Assembly (NCBI GenBank): GCA_964016885.1
Contig: OZ024748.1
Span: forward strand, 48,732,001 to 48,796,000
Length of the DNA: 64,000 nucleotides
Direction of reading: 5' to 3'
Source: Eledone cirrhosa
Lineage: Eukaryota
Shown here: piece by piece, positions 52,760-64,000 of the stretch
Position numbering within the stretch: the first letter of the stretch is position 1
Layout of the letters: every line of letters starts with the position of its first letter
Notes under the pieces: model-generated
Databases searched by the model: none
What the model was told of the DNA's origin: nothing
Seen by the model: the letters and a program-made list of their open reading frames with translations, nothing else
Position numbers and translations under genes: made by a program

Positions 52760-53020
52760 TGCTACTTCTCTGAATTGAGAGATAACAGCTCCAGTACTAT
52801 GGACATGCGGTTGAAATGTCTCGGAGATGAATTGCTGGACAAATCTTACGGGCAAAACCAACTGGCAGGAGATGCAAATGTAGACACCAAGCAAGATGGT
52901 TGGATAACATACACGAGCTCGGCTGGTTTTGCTTGGGGGATACAGCCGGATCAATTGGAGAGAGTTGCTTTTGACAGGGATCTCTGGAATTGGGATTTGA
53001 GAACTCTGCTCTCATGACCC
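52760..53020 (+). mobile_element. RTE-like LINE 3' ORF fragment
   Basis: IER*QLQYYGHAVEMS...KPTGRR...RWLDNIHEL...DRDLW. Confidence 0.7.
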
Positions 53021-53661
53021 TCTCAAGAATAATGGAAGAAAAAGAAAAAAATGAAAAAAAGATTATTACAAATATGAATCTTTTTTCTGTTCTACATGCT
53101 AGAACAAACATAATTTGAAGAGAGGAACACATGGGAAGTGTAGGTATTTGAAAAGTGGCACTAGAGGTTACAGAATTATAAAGATAGTAGGCAAAAATTC
53201 AAAGAATTTAACATTTCTTTTAACTGAAAAAGTAATTTCCTGGAAATCATTCAGACATTAACACCTGTGCTACTATTTTAAAATTAATCTAATTTAGTAT
53301 CAGTAAAATTGAATTAGGTTTTACATATGCCGTAAATAAGTTAATTCTTGTAACATTTTAACATATTTTCTGATTTAAAGACATTAGTATGGATTAATTT
53401 ATAATGCTGTGACATCTTTGATAGGAATGTTTTGTTTCATTATTGGATACTTTTGACTTTCCTGTGTTGATTTTTAATAAATTCTTGGGTAAAAAAAACA
53501 AAAACATCAGTACAGACAGCCTAAGACGTCCATATTTAATTCTGTCATATATCATCATTACCACCACCACCACCACCACCACCACCACCATCATCATCAT
53601 TAAGACCACCACCACCACCACCACCTCTATGTCCACTACCATCATCATCAACATTATGATC

Positions 53662-54575
53662 ACCCCCACTGTTACCTGTGGTCCCACACCCCAACCTAGC
53701 CACCCCACCCCCACTGTTACCTGTGGTCCCACACCCCAACCTAGCTGCCCCACCCCACTGTTACCTGTGGTCCCACACCCCAACCTAGCTGCCCCACCCC
53801 ACTGTTACCTGTGGTCCCACACCCCAACCTAGCTGCCCCACCCCACTGTTACCTGTGGTCCCCTACCCCAACCTAGCCGCCCCACCCCCACTGTTACCTG
53901 TGGTCCCACACCCCAACCTAGTCACCCCACCCCCACTGTTACCTGTCGTCCCCTACCCCAACCTAGCCACTCCACCCCCACTGTTACCTGTGGTCCCACA
54001 CCCCAACCTAGCCACCTCACCCCCACTGTTACCTGTGGTCCCACACCCCAACCTAGCCGCCCCACCCCCACTGTTACCTGTGGTCCCACACCCCAACCTA
54101 GCCACCCCACCCCCACTGTTACCTGTCGTCCCCTACCCCAACCTAGCTGCCCCACCCCACTGTTACCTGTGGTCCCCTACCCCAACCTAGCCGCCCCACC
54201 CCCACTGTTACCTGTGGTCCCACACCCCAACCTAGCCACCCCACCCCCACTGTTACCTGTCGTCCCCTACCCCAACCTAGCTGCCCCACCCCACTGTTAC
54301 CTGTGGTCCCCTACCCCAACCTAGCCGCCCCACCCCCACTGTTACCTGTGGTCCCACACCCCAACCTAGCCACCCCACCCCCACTGTTACCTGTGGTCCC
54401 ACCCCAACCTAGCCACCCCACCCCCACTGTTACCTGTGGTCCCACACCCCAACCTAGCCACTCCACCCCCACTGTTACCCGTGGTCCCCCACCCCAACCT
54501 AGCCACCCCACCCCCACTGTTACCTGTGGTCCCCCACCCCAACCTAGCCGCCCCACCCCCACTGTTACCTGTTAC
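53662..54575. repeat. 44/45-bp C-rich minisatellite, ~20 units
   Basis: Unit CCCCCACTGTTACCTGTGGTCCCACACCCCAACCTAGCCACCCCA. Confidence 0.97.
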
Positions 54576-54908
54576 CCCCCCCCCCCCACACTACTCTTCA
54601 TTGTTACCTATATACCCTTACTACCACTCCTCCCACCGATCCCCATCACCTGCTGTCCTCTTATTTCCATCATCTTTTATATTGTCTCACCTTTACCCTC
54701 CTCTCCCCTTCCAATCCAGCTCCACTCTTACCCCCCCCCCCCCCGAACCTCACCACTGTACCCCCCCAACTTTAAACTCCACCACTACTCCCCCCCAACC
54801 TTAACCCCACCACTACTCCCCCCAACCTTAACCCCCACCACTGGTACACATACATGCAAACACTTGCACACACAGACATACATACTTATACATATATATG
54901 TGTGTGTT

Positions 54909-54969
<61 letters not shown>

Positions 54970-55122
54970 GCATATGTATGGCTATATATATATATGCATA
55001 TATATATATATATATACACACGTTTACATATATGTATATATATATATACATATGTTTACATATATGTATGTATATGTATATATATACATATGTTTTCATA
55101 TGTATATATATATACATATGTT

Positions 55123-55155
<33 letters not shown>

Positions 55156-55344
55156 TTGCTTTTAACCTTTACAATCCATTAGTAGCACTTTACCTTAGCC
55201 TTTGCTCCACATATTTTCTGCACAAATGTCCTCTCATTTAAGGCTCTTTATCTTTTTATTTTCTTTACTACTTATATATACACACACACACATACATACA
55301 TATATATATTTTTACACACACACGTGTGCCTGTGTGTGTATATA

Positions 55345-55820
55345 TATTGTTATATTTGGGGATGGCCATGTCAATATTGCCAATAGAAACAAGCTCAAGC
55401 ACCATATCATTTTCACTTATCTTTGTTATTCATTTGTTTATCAAAATCTTTCATAACACATTCTGTGACCTCCTCAATGAATATCTGTTTTGTACCTCCT
55501 CTTTTTCCTGGTCTTCTACTTCTACTCCATCTAGTCTTTGTTTTTTAATTGTGTTTCGTGTCTCTGTATGTTTTTGTCCCCCTCCCCTTATCCTATAGAC
55601 TACATTTCTAGTTTTACAATTTATCTATGGGCTTATCTTACAGACTATACAGTTTCTATCAGTACAGTGGGTTTTCTTAAAGGGGTATGTCCTACTGGTC
55701 CGGGATTTTGTGGTAACTCCTGGTTTTTCTATTACTTTAATCCTAAAGTTCATTTTTTCTAAATCTCTTCTGGAGATAGCATTGACGAACATAAAACTCT
55801 GGTACTTGGGTGTCATACCA
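55345..55820 (-). mobile_element. Penelope-like element remnant: Cys-rich linker and GIY-YIG start, then pLTR with decayed HHR (55440-55480)
   Basis: Minus: RIKVIEKPG...YPFKKTHCTDRNCIVCKISP*INCKTRNVVYRI; downstream TCA-TTGAGGA-GGTCACAGAATGTGTTAT-GAAAGATTTTGA. Confidence 0.7.
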
Positions 55821-56029
55821 TGAGTTGGCTTTCATAACAATAACAAAAAAGGGTGACAAAAACAAACACACAAACACAGAAAGGAACGATGATAGCAACA
55901 AAAACTGGGATGAAGGGACTGACAAGGTAGGAGGGGAAAAGGGTTAGAAACATGAAATATACTGACAACCCACCCACACAGACAAACAGAAAACACACTA
56001 GCAGCAGCAGCAACAATAACACACACATC

Positions 56030-56061
<32 letters not shown>

Positions 56062-56104
56062 CAACGATAGGAGTAATAACAATAACAATGTCAACAACAA
56101 TAAT

Positions 56105-56467
56105 AATTGTTTCTACTTTTGGCACAAGGCCAGCATTTATCTTAGTACATTACTGGTACTTTATTTTATCGACCCCGTAAGGATGAAAGGCAAAGTTAAC
56201 CTCGGCAGGATTTGAACTCAGACCATAAAGGGCCGTAACTCTTTGCTGCAAAGCATGGCGTCTGACCCTCTACCGACACTGCCATAATAATTGTTTCTAC
56301 TTTAGGCACAAGGCCAGCAATTACCCAGTGCATTACTGGTACTTTATTTTATCGACCCCGTAAGGATGAAAGGCAAAGTCAACCTCGGCGGGATTTGAAC
56401 TCAGATCGTAAAGGGACGTAACTATGCTGGAAAGCATGGCGTCCGACCCTCTACCGATACTGCCAAT
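56105..56467 (-). mobile_element. Two tandem SINE family A copies
   Basis: 56105-56285 and 56286-56467. Confidence 0.92.
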
Positions 56468-56673
56468 ATGCAATCAGCCCTCATAGACTGACGCTGTACT
56501 GAAATATATGTTAAAGAACAGACTCCAATTAAATTTTTTCCTCATCTAACCTCTACTTCATGCCTAGTTGTTTGTTTTTCCTATACCTTTAAATATAAAA
56601 ACAAAAACACAAAAACAAGATGGCGTAGGACAGAACAAAGGAGAGGCACAAAAAACAAAGAAAAGAACCCCCA

Positions 56674-56716
56674 GTCACTGAAGAGGTCACAGAATGTGTG
56701 ACGAAAGAACTTTGAC
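56674..56716 (+). ncRNA. Type I hammerhead motif in an inverted pLTR (~56615-56856)
   Basis: GTCA-CTGAAGA-G-GTCACA GAATG TGTGAC-GAAA GAAC T T-TGAC; same family as 55440-55480. Confidence 0.7.
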
Positions 56717-56912
56717 AATATATAAAGAACCATCTGGTTGTGGAACCAACCAACCAACCGGAAATTTATAAATTTATTATAATAAATTGAAGTGAAGGCA
56801 ACTGGTGTGTGTGTGTTTCTTATTGGCAACATGACCCTCCCAAAGTATAACAATATCGGTTTCAACACACGTTTTCAGATAAAGAATCTTGCTAAACAAA
56901 TTCAGAAACGAA

Positions 56913-56977
<65 letters not shown>

Positions 56978-59900
56978 TATATATATGTTGCAGCCAAACA
57001 CCTCCATGTTTGTGAAAGCCCATATATTTTCTCTCACTCTCTCTCTCTGCATTGTGATTTGTAAATTCTGTTTGATTTTTTTTTTCCTGCCACCCACCCC
57101 ATCTGCTGACACTAAAAATATCTTGACATATTTTATTACATTAGCTGGGAGGGTGGAGTGGGGCATTTTTATTTTCACTTTCAAATAAAATGTATAAGTA
57201 AATCATTCAGCATACCAGTGAAAGAGAGAGAGGGAGAGATAATAATGTAGCAAAGAATGAAAAACATGGTGTCAGTGAAATGCAAATAGTTATGGCAGGA
57301 ATACTGTTGGTTGTAACTTTGTCTTCAGAGTAAATGTCTATATTTAAAACTGATCTGCAAACATATATAATAAATTTGGTTGACATGTAATTAGTTCTGT
57401 TAGTATTAATTAAATTTCTAGCACTGCATGTATCTGTGTGGCTATTTGTGTGTACAGCTGTATACACACATACATATTCCCACATTTTAATATTTACCCA
57501 TCCACACCCCCAGACTGCATTCTCACTTCACTCCACCCTCCCAAACCCTTGTCTTCCCCACCTCCTCATACACCTTGCCTCTCCTGCCACTTCTTCATCT
57601 AATGGTCATCATCCATGTGTTATGTCTGTGTCTATACCAGTGTAGTCTTCTCTTTTACACATTATGTCTGATTCCTTTTTTAACCAAATCATTTTCTCTG
57701 CACTCATCTGTGATTTGCCATTTTACGACAAAAAGCGCAGGGTCCACTCTGAAAAGTGGTCATTTTGGTGACATGACAAAAACCACCAAGTCCAACCTAT
57801 CAGTTGATCATTTTGGTGCCACAATAAAAGGCATCCAGTCCACTCTGTAAATGTGGTTGGCATTAGGAAGGGCATCCAGTCATAGAAACCAAGCCCAAAA
57901 CAGTTCTGTATGAGCAAGACACAGTCGTCTGATCTGGCTTGTCTTACAGCAGGACAACTCATCTAACCCATGCTAGTGTGGAAAATGGATGTTAAACATT
58001 GATGATGATGAATATTATACACCCAGTAGAGAATGCTCAATTTATTTATTTCTAACTTTCACATATCCTCTACATTCAATGCCCACATTATACAATCATG
58101 TATCAACATATTTGTCAATTTCTTTCTGGTATTTTAGATCATTCTTTGAACATTTATAAAAAATATATATCACAAATTTCTAAATGTTTGCTCATTTGGA
58201 TTTTCTTTGGTTCCAGTTGTTGTATTTTTGGCTTATATATTCTGACTCATTCACATAAACATTTCTGATATGACCAATATTGTTTTACTTATAGTTGAGA
58301 CAGGTTATGCAACATATCAAATTTTCTGCTTTACATGTCAGCATTTATTTTGAAAGTCGATCCACTTTTAACTTTTTTTTTTTTTAATACCAAACTGCCT
58401 AAAACTGCCTCTTCTTCTATGATACAAAACTGTTTATTTTAAAATATTTATATTTATCCACAACTCCTAGTCTAAAATCATCCTTCAGTGCACAGTCAAA
58501 GGAGGGGCAGACAAAGAAAATCCTGGTCCAACAACATCAAAGAATCGACTGGTTACAACACTGAAACCCTTTTATGTTTGACAGAGAATTAAGACCAGTA
58601 ACGATGACTGACTACAAAAGTGTCAAGAGTGGCACCACAACAACAGGCTGCACTCATTGTGTGAATGATTGGTTGATTGATATTTATCTAACGTCCATTT
58701 TTTCTACACTAGCATGGGTTAGACAAGTTGTCCCATTGTGAGGAAAGTCAGATCAGATGACTATGTCTTGCTCATACAGAACTGTTTTGGGCTTGGTTTC
58801 GACAGCCTGATGCCCTTTCTAACACCAACCACATTTCCAGTGTGTACTAGTTGTTTTTTATTGTAGCACTAAAACAACCACTTTACAGAGTGGGCTGGGT
58901 GCTTTTTGTTGTGACACCTACATAAATCACCTTACAGTATGGACTGTATATACTTGAATATAAGCCAACCACTATTTTATTTTTTGTTACATATTTCTTG
59001 CTTTATATACGAGTGAGTATATATGGTAATTTATTTTCTAAACACCAGCTTAAAAATGAGAAAGTTACTTATATTATTCAATCCTTCCAAATTCTTGATT
59101 ATTTTCAAATTTATTTGAAAATTACAGCCAATGGTCTTTCATTATAAATATGGTAAGGAAAAGGTTAAAATAAGTCCTGGTTGATTTAATTGACTCTACC
59201 TAGCATGTGAGTCACTTTGAAGTTCTGTTGATTATGGTGAAGAGGATAAAGTTGAAGTGGTTTGGGCATGTGACAAGATGGGACTCTCTAAGACAATTCT
59301 CCAAGGAACTGTACAGGGGAAAGAGAAGGTGGAGCAGACAGAGGGCGCAGTGCATTGACAACAAAGCTCCAAGCACTTGCCCATGGCTGCCAGGGATGGA
59401 GGTTATTAGTGCAGTGTCCAGCACTGTACTGTCCAAGTGACCATTATAGTTCAAGCCCTGTGCCTTTCAAGCAAAGCTTGGCTGTCTGCCCAACTGCAAG
59501 AAATCACCAATTATTATATATTCCTTTGTTAAAGTAGGCAACAATGATTTATTAACCTGCCACTGGCCAATTTCTCATATATGAAGTATGTAGAAATAAT
59601 TATTGAATGCAGTCAAATACCATATATGGTTATACCTATCTCACCCCCACCTTTACTTACTTCACCCCCCCCCCCTCTCCTACCCTTTCTCACTCTCCAT
59701 ATACATGTATGTGTCTATATATGTTTTTTTTGTGTGTATATGTGTGTGTATATATTTATTTATATATATATATGTGTGTGAGGGTATGTTTATATAAATG
59801 TGTGTGTGTGTGTGTGTGCGCGTGTGTGTGTGTATCCTAAATCCCCCTCCCCCCACCTCTCTAATCATTCTCTGTCTATATATTTGAATATATTAACTCC

Positions 59901-60113
59901 CCCTCAACCTCCTACCACCCCCTTCTACCTCTTCCTTTCTGTTTTACAATTATTTCACTTTGATATTTACTCTGTTTTTAATGGTTAATTTATTTAAAAA
60001 CCTTTCAACTTTTATTTTTTATATATATTAAATTTTTAACATGTCCTTTATTTACTGTCTGCAGGCAGCAGTGTAAAGTTAGGATGATTGGCAATAATGG
60101 TATACAGAGATAA

Positions 60114-60308
60114 ATGGTGGTGGTGGTGGTGGTGGCAGTGGTGGTGATGATGATGGTGGCAGTGGTGGTGATGATGGTGGCAGTGGTGGTGGTGGTGATG
60201 GTGGCAGTGGTGGTGATGATGGTGGCAGTGGTGGTGATGATGGTGATGATGGTGGCAGTGGTGGTGATGATGGTGGCAGTGGTGCTGATGATGGTGGCAG
60301 TGGTGGTT
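60114..60308. repeat. GGT/GAT/GCA trinucleotide-derived minisatellite
   Basis: GGTGGCAGTGGTGGTGATGAT units. Confidence 0.93.
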
Positions 60309-61487
60309 GTCCATATGTGTGTGAACATCACATAGTGGAGATACATTAAAATAGCTTATAAAATAGGGTGAAGACCCTTAAAAGACGGAAAAAGAAGTTG
60401 CCATTGGCAATTGAAGCCTGTATCTCCCAGATACTGGCTAGGCACTTTAACCTCTTCAGTGCCATAGTCGAGATAACTCATCCTAACATGTTTAAACTCT
60501 TTTCCAACAGTTCATAACTTCAAAGCTAGATGGGGTTACTAGTTTATTGATGTGAGGTTTGTCAATCATTCAGATATCTGCTGTTAATAAATGTTTGTTT
60601 AAAAAAGATAGTCATTTTACTGAGGGGAAAAAAAAAAAAAAAAACTGGCACAGCAACTGTAGCTGTGTAACATATTCACAGCAGTCAACAAGTTAAACCA
60701 TTAAGTTATGGGACTGTAACAACTCTTACTGTTTTAAAGTAGGTAGATGAATCACAGTTTTTAAATGTCAACAGATATTGTGTATACGTAGCTGATCTCT
60801 TGAAGTTAATCATCATCATTTAACATCTATTTTCCTCTGCTTGCATGGGTTAGATGAATTGTCACATTATGAGACAAATCAAGTCCAGAGACCAGGTCTT
60901 TCTGATATGGATCTGTCTTTTGGCTTGGTTCCTACAGCTACATGCTCTTCCTAATGTCAACCACATTACAGTGTCAACTGGCTGATTTTTAACATTGTAC
61001 CAAAACAACCACTTTACAAGGTGGACTGCGTGCTTTTTGTCATGCCACTAGCATGACACCTTATGTGGTGGACTGGGTGCCTTTTCTTGTGTCACCAGCA
61101 TGACCACCTGACAGGGTGGACTGGGTGCCCTTTGTTGTGTCACCAGCATGACCACTTTACTGACACAGCAGCTGGTTTGACTTTGATACTATGGTATACA
61201 TACCACAGGACAAATCCATAGATGTTAGCCATCGTCAGTACTTGAGTAAACTAATTAAAATTAAAATTAATTAGATACATTGAACATTCGTTTAGTCTGT
61301 CTCTTCATTCCTACAACTTCACTGTAAACATTAATTTACCTAACAGAATTACCTGCCAAGTATACATCAAATATTTAAATCATTCTACCTGTATTTCCAA
61401 ATGGATTAATTTACTAATTATTATCTTAGTATATATCACTGCCTGAGTGGCAGATACTAAATGTCTTTCACCCTCATTCTTTGTTAT

Positions 61488-61737
61488 TAGTATCATACAG
61501 TGTTAGTACTTCACTGATTTTAGTATCATACAGTGTTAGTACTTCACTGATTTTAGTATCATACAGTCTTAGTATCAAATAGTCATAGTATCATGCAGTC
61601 TTAGTATCATACAGTGTTAGTACTTCACTGACCTTAGTATCATACAGTGTTAGTACTTCACTGATTTTAGTATCATACAGTGTTACTACTTCACTGACCT
61701 TAGTATCATACAGTGTTAGTACTTCACTGATCTTAGT
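61488..61737. repeat. 33-bp tandem repeat
   Basis: TAGTATCATACAGTGTTAGTACTTCACTGATTT, about 6 units with a short-period insert. Confidence 0.9.
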
Positions 61738-62262
61738 TTTGCCATTGCATCCCAACATCAACTCTGATCAAAAACTGCTCATAGCATAGTTAATATTCAA
61801 TTGGTTCTTCCATACACACACACACGCACACACACACACACACCCTCTTCTACACATATAGACACATGCACACACAGATACACACTCACACTGAAAGACA
61901 CACACCCACCCTCTTCCACACATATGAACACATGCACACACTCACACACAAAGACACACACACACACACACACACATACACACACATGGTATTTGATCAC
62001 AATTTCAAAGACCTTCTAAATAATTTTAATATCAAGTAATTTCAATGCTGCTCTTTGAAGTAACATCTTTATTCAGTTCAGATATTGAAATGTGTGTTGT
62101 GTTTGTTACAGTTGTGAAGATATTCAAATATAATCTGCCTTGCCTGCTGTAAATAGCAATATGAAGGATCAGAAGCAGGTTGTTAGTATTATTATTATCA
62201 TATCATTATTATTGGATGTCGACATATTGTCAGTTCCTAAATACTTCCTTTGCTTCTTCAGG

Positions 62263-62310
62263 TTATTTTCTTGTAATCATCTAAAGGTTTCTTGGCATTA
62301 AATATAGAAG

Positions 62311-62358
<48 letters not shown>

Positions 62359-62405
62359 GTTCTATATTTAATGCCAAGAAATCTTTAGATGAGTACAAGA
62401 AAATA

Positions 62406-62407
<2 letters not shown>
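62263..62407. repeat. ~50-bp inverted repeat enclosing (TA)n
   Basis: TTATTTTCTTGTA.TCATCTAAAG.TTTCTTGGCATTAAATATAGAA and its reverse complement at ~62359-62406. Confidence 0.88.
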
Positions 62408-62462
<55 letters not shown>

Positions 62463-62619
62463 CATATATATATATGTGAGGGGGTGGGGAGAGGGGTGAT
62501 GCCCTTGTTTCAGATATAATCCTATATTCCTTCACCAATATACGTTGTCATTTTTTCTTCTTTTATCTGTTGATTAAGATTCCTTTCACGAACAGGAATA
62601 TGGAAATGGCGTTGAGGAA

Positions 62620-63750
62620 TATATCTGAATAAGTATGGTGAGATTTAGGGGATATTTCTGAATAAATATGGTGAGCTGAGATTTGAGGGGTTTTTCTGTA
62701 TAAATATGGTGAGCTGAGATTTAGGGGATATTTCTGTATAAATATGGTGAGCTGAGATTTGAGGGGTTTTTCTGTATAAATATGGTGAGCTGAGATTTGA
62801 GGGGTATTTCTGTATAAATATGGTGAGCTGAGATTTGAGGGGTTTTTCTGTATAAATATGGTGAGCTGAGATTTGAGGAGTATTTCTGTATAAATATGGT
62901 GAGCTGAGATTTGAGGAGTATTTCTGTATAAATATGGTGAGCTGAGATTTGAGGAATATTTCTGTATAAATATGGTGAGCTGAGATTTGAGGAGTATTTC
63001 TGTATAAATATGGTGAGCTGAGATTTGAGGGGTATTTCTGTATAAATATGGTGAGCTGAGATTTGAGGAGTATTTCTGTATAAATATGGTGAGCTGAGAT
63101 TTGAGGAGTATTTCTGTATAAATATGGTGAGCTGAGATTTGAGGAGTATTTCTGTATAAATATGGTGAGCTGAGATTTGAGGGGTATTTCTGTATAAATA
63201 TGGTGAGCTGAGATTTGAGGAGTATTTTTGTATAAATATGGTGAGCTGAGATTTGAGGGGTATTTCTGTATAAATATGGTGAGCTGAGATTTGAGGGGTT
63301 TTTCTGTATAAATATGGTGAGCTGAGATTTGAGGAGTATTTCTGTATAAATATGGTGAGCTGAGATTTGAGGGGTTTTTCTGTATAAATATGGTGAGCTG
63401 AGATTTGAGGGGTTTTTCTGTATAAATATGATGAGCTGAGATTTGAGGGGTATTTCTGTATAAATATGGTGAGCTGAGATTTGAGGGGTTTTTCTGTATA
63501 AATATGGTGAGCTGAGATTTGAGGGGTTTTTCTGTATAAATATGGTGAGCTGAGATTTGAGGGGTTTTTCTGTATAAATATGATGAGCTGAGATTTGAGG
63601 GGTATTTCTGTATAAATATGGTGAGCTGTGATTTGAGGGGTATTTCTGTATAAATATGGTGAGCTGAGATATAAGGGACATTGCTCTATCATATATGGTG
63701 AGCTGAGATTTAGGGGAACATCAGTGTATAAAGTTACTATGAGCTGAAAT
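62620..63750. repeat. 38-bp minisatellite, ~29 units with decayed edges
   Basis: Unit TATTTCTGTATAAATATGGTGAGCTGAGATTTGAGGAG; period measured 62881 to 62919. Confidence 0.97.
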
Positions 63751-63938
63751 TTTGATGTTCTCCTCACCACGCGTGCTGATACCTATTTTTTGTTCTGTTC
63801 TAGGGGCTTATATGCCCTTTTATTAGATTATTTTCTGTTGTAAAAAATATGGCAAAAGCTTCTAATTCAATTCCGCTTGGCATCTGCTAGACACGCATGC
63901 TTTATATATATGTTTATTCACACCCACTCACTCGCGCG

Positions 63939-63995
<57 letters not shown>

Positions 63996-64000
63996 GGTGA

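Noticed and set aside
60447-60697. Possible TTAA-flanked MITE
   Set aside because: Terminal inverted repeats too degenerate and no second copy in the window.
62090-62185. Possible plus-strand exon (TTACAG ... CAG|GTTGTT)
   Set aside because: Weak donor site and no recognisable peptide; indistinguishable from chance.
62563-63770. 349-372 aa repeat ORFs
   Set aside because: Product of a 38-bp tandem unit that lacks stops on the minus strand.

Overview
AT-rich, microsatellite-dense eukaryotic DNA. The SINE/LINE repertoire looks like a cephalopod, probably Octopus (inference from remembered repeat families, not verified). I recognise no host protein-coding exon; nearly all long ORFs in the track are translations of simple or tandem repeats. 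The window is a patchwork of decayed mobile elements: fragments of five non-LTR clades (RTE, CR1, L1/Tx1, R4/Dong-like, CRE-like), Penelope-like elements (PLEs), about 20 copies of one tRNA-derived SINE plus other SINEs, TTAA-flanked piggyBac-type MITEs, two Helitron-like copies and several minisatellites. The most notable signal is about 11 type I hammerhead ribozyme (HHR) motifs from roughly six sequence families, several arranged as fold-back pairs inside (TA)n tracts. They include a near-perfect HHR at 42450-42517 and a pair with a compensatory U3:A8 core at 12532-12773. Two large minisatellites (48 bp and 47 bp units) are expansions of internal segments of an RTE 3' UTR and of a SINE. All folds, alignments and copy counts were done by eye; boundaries are approximate.
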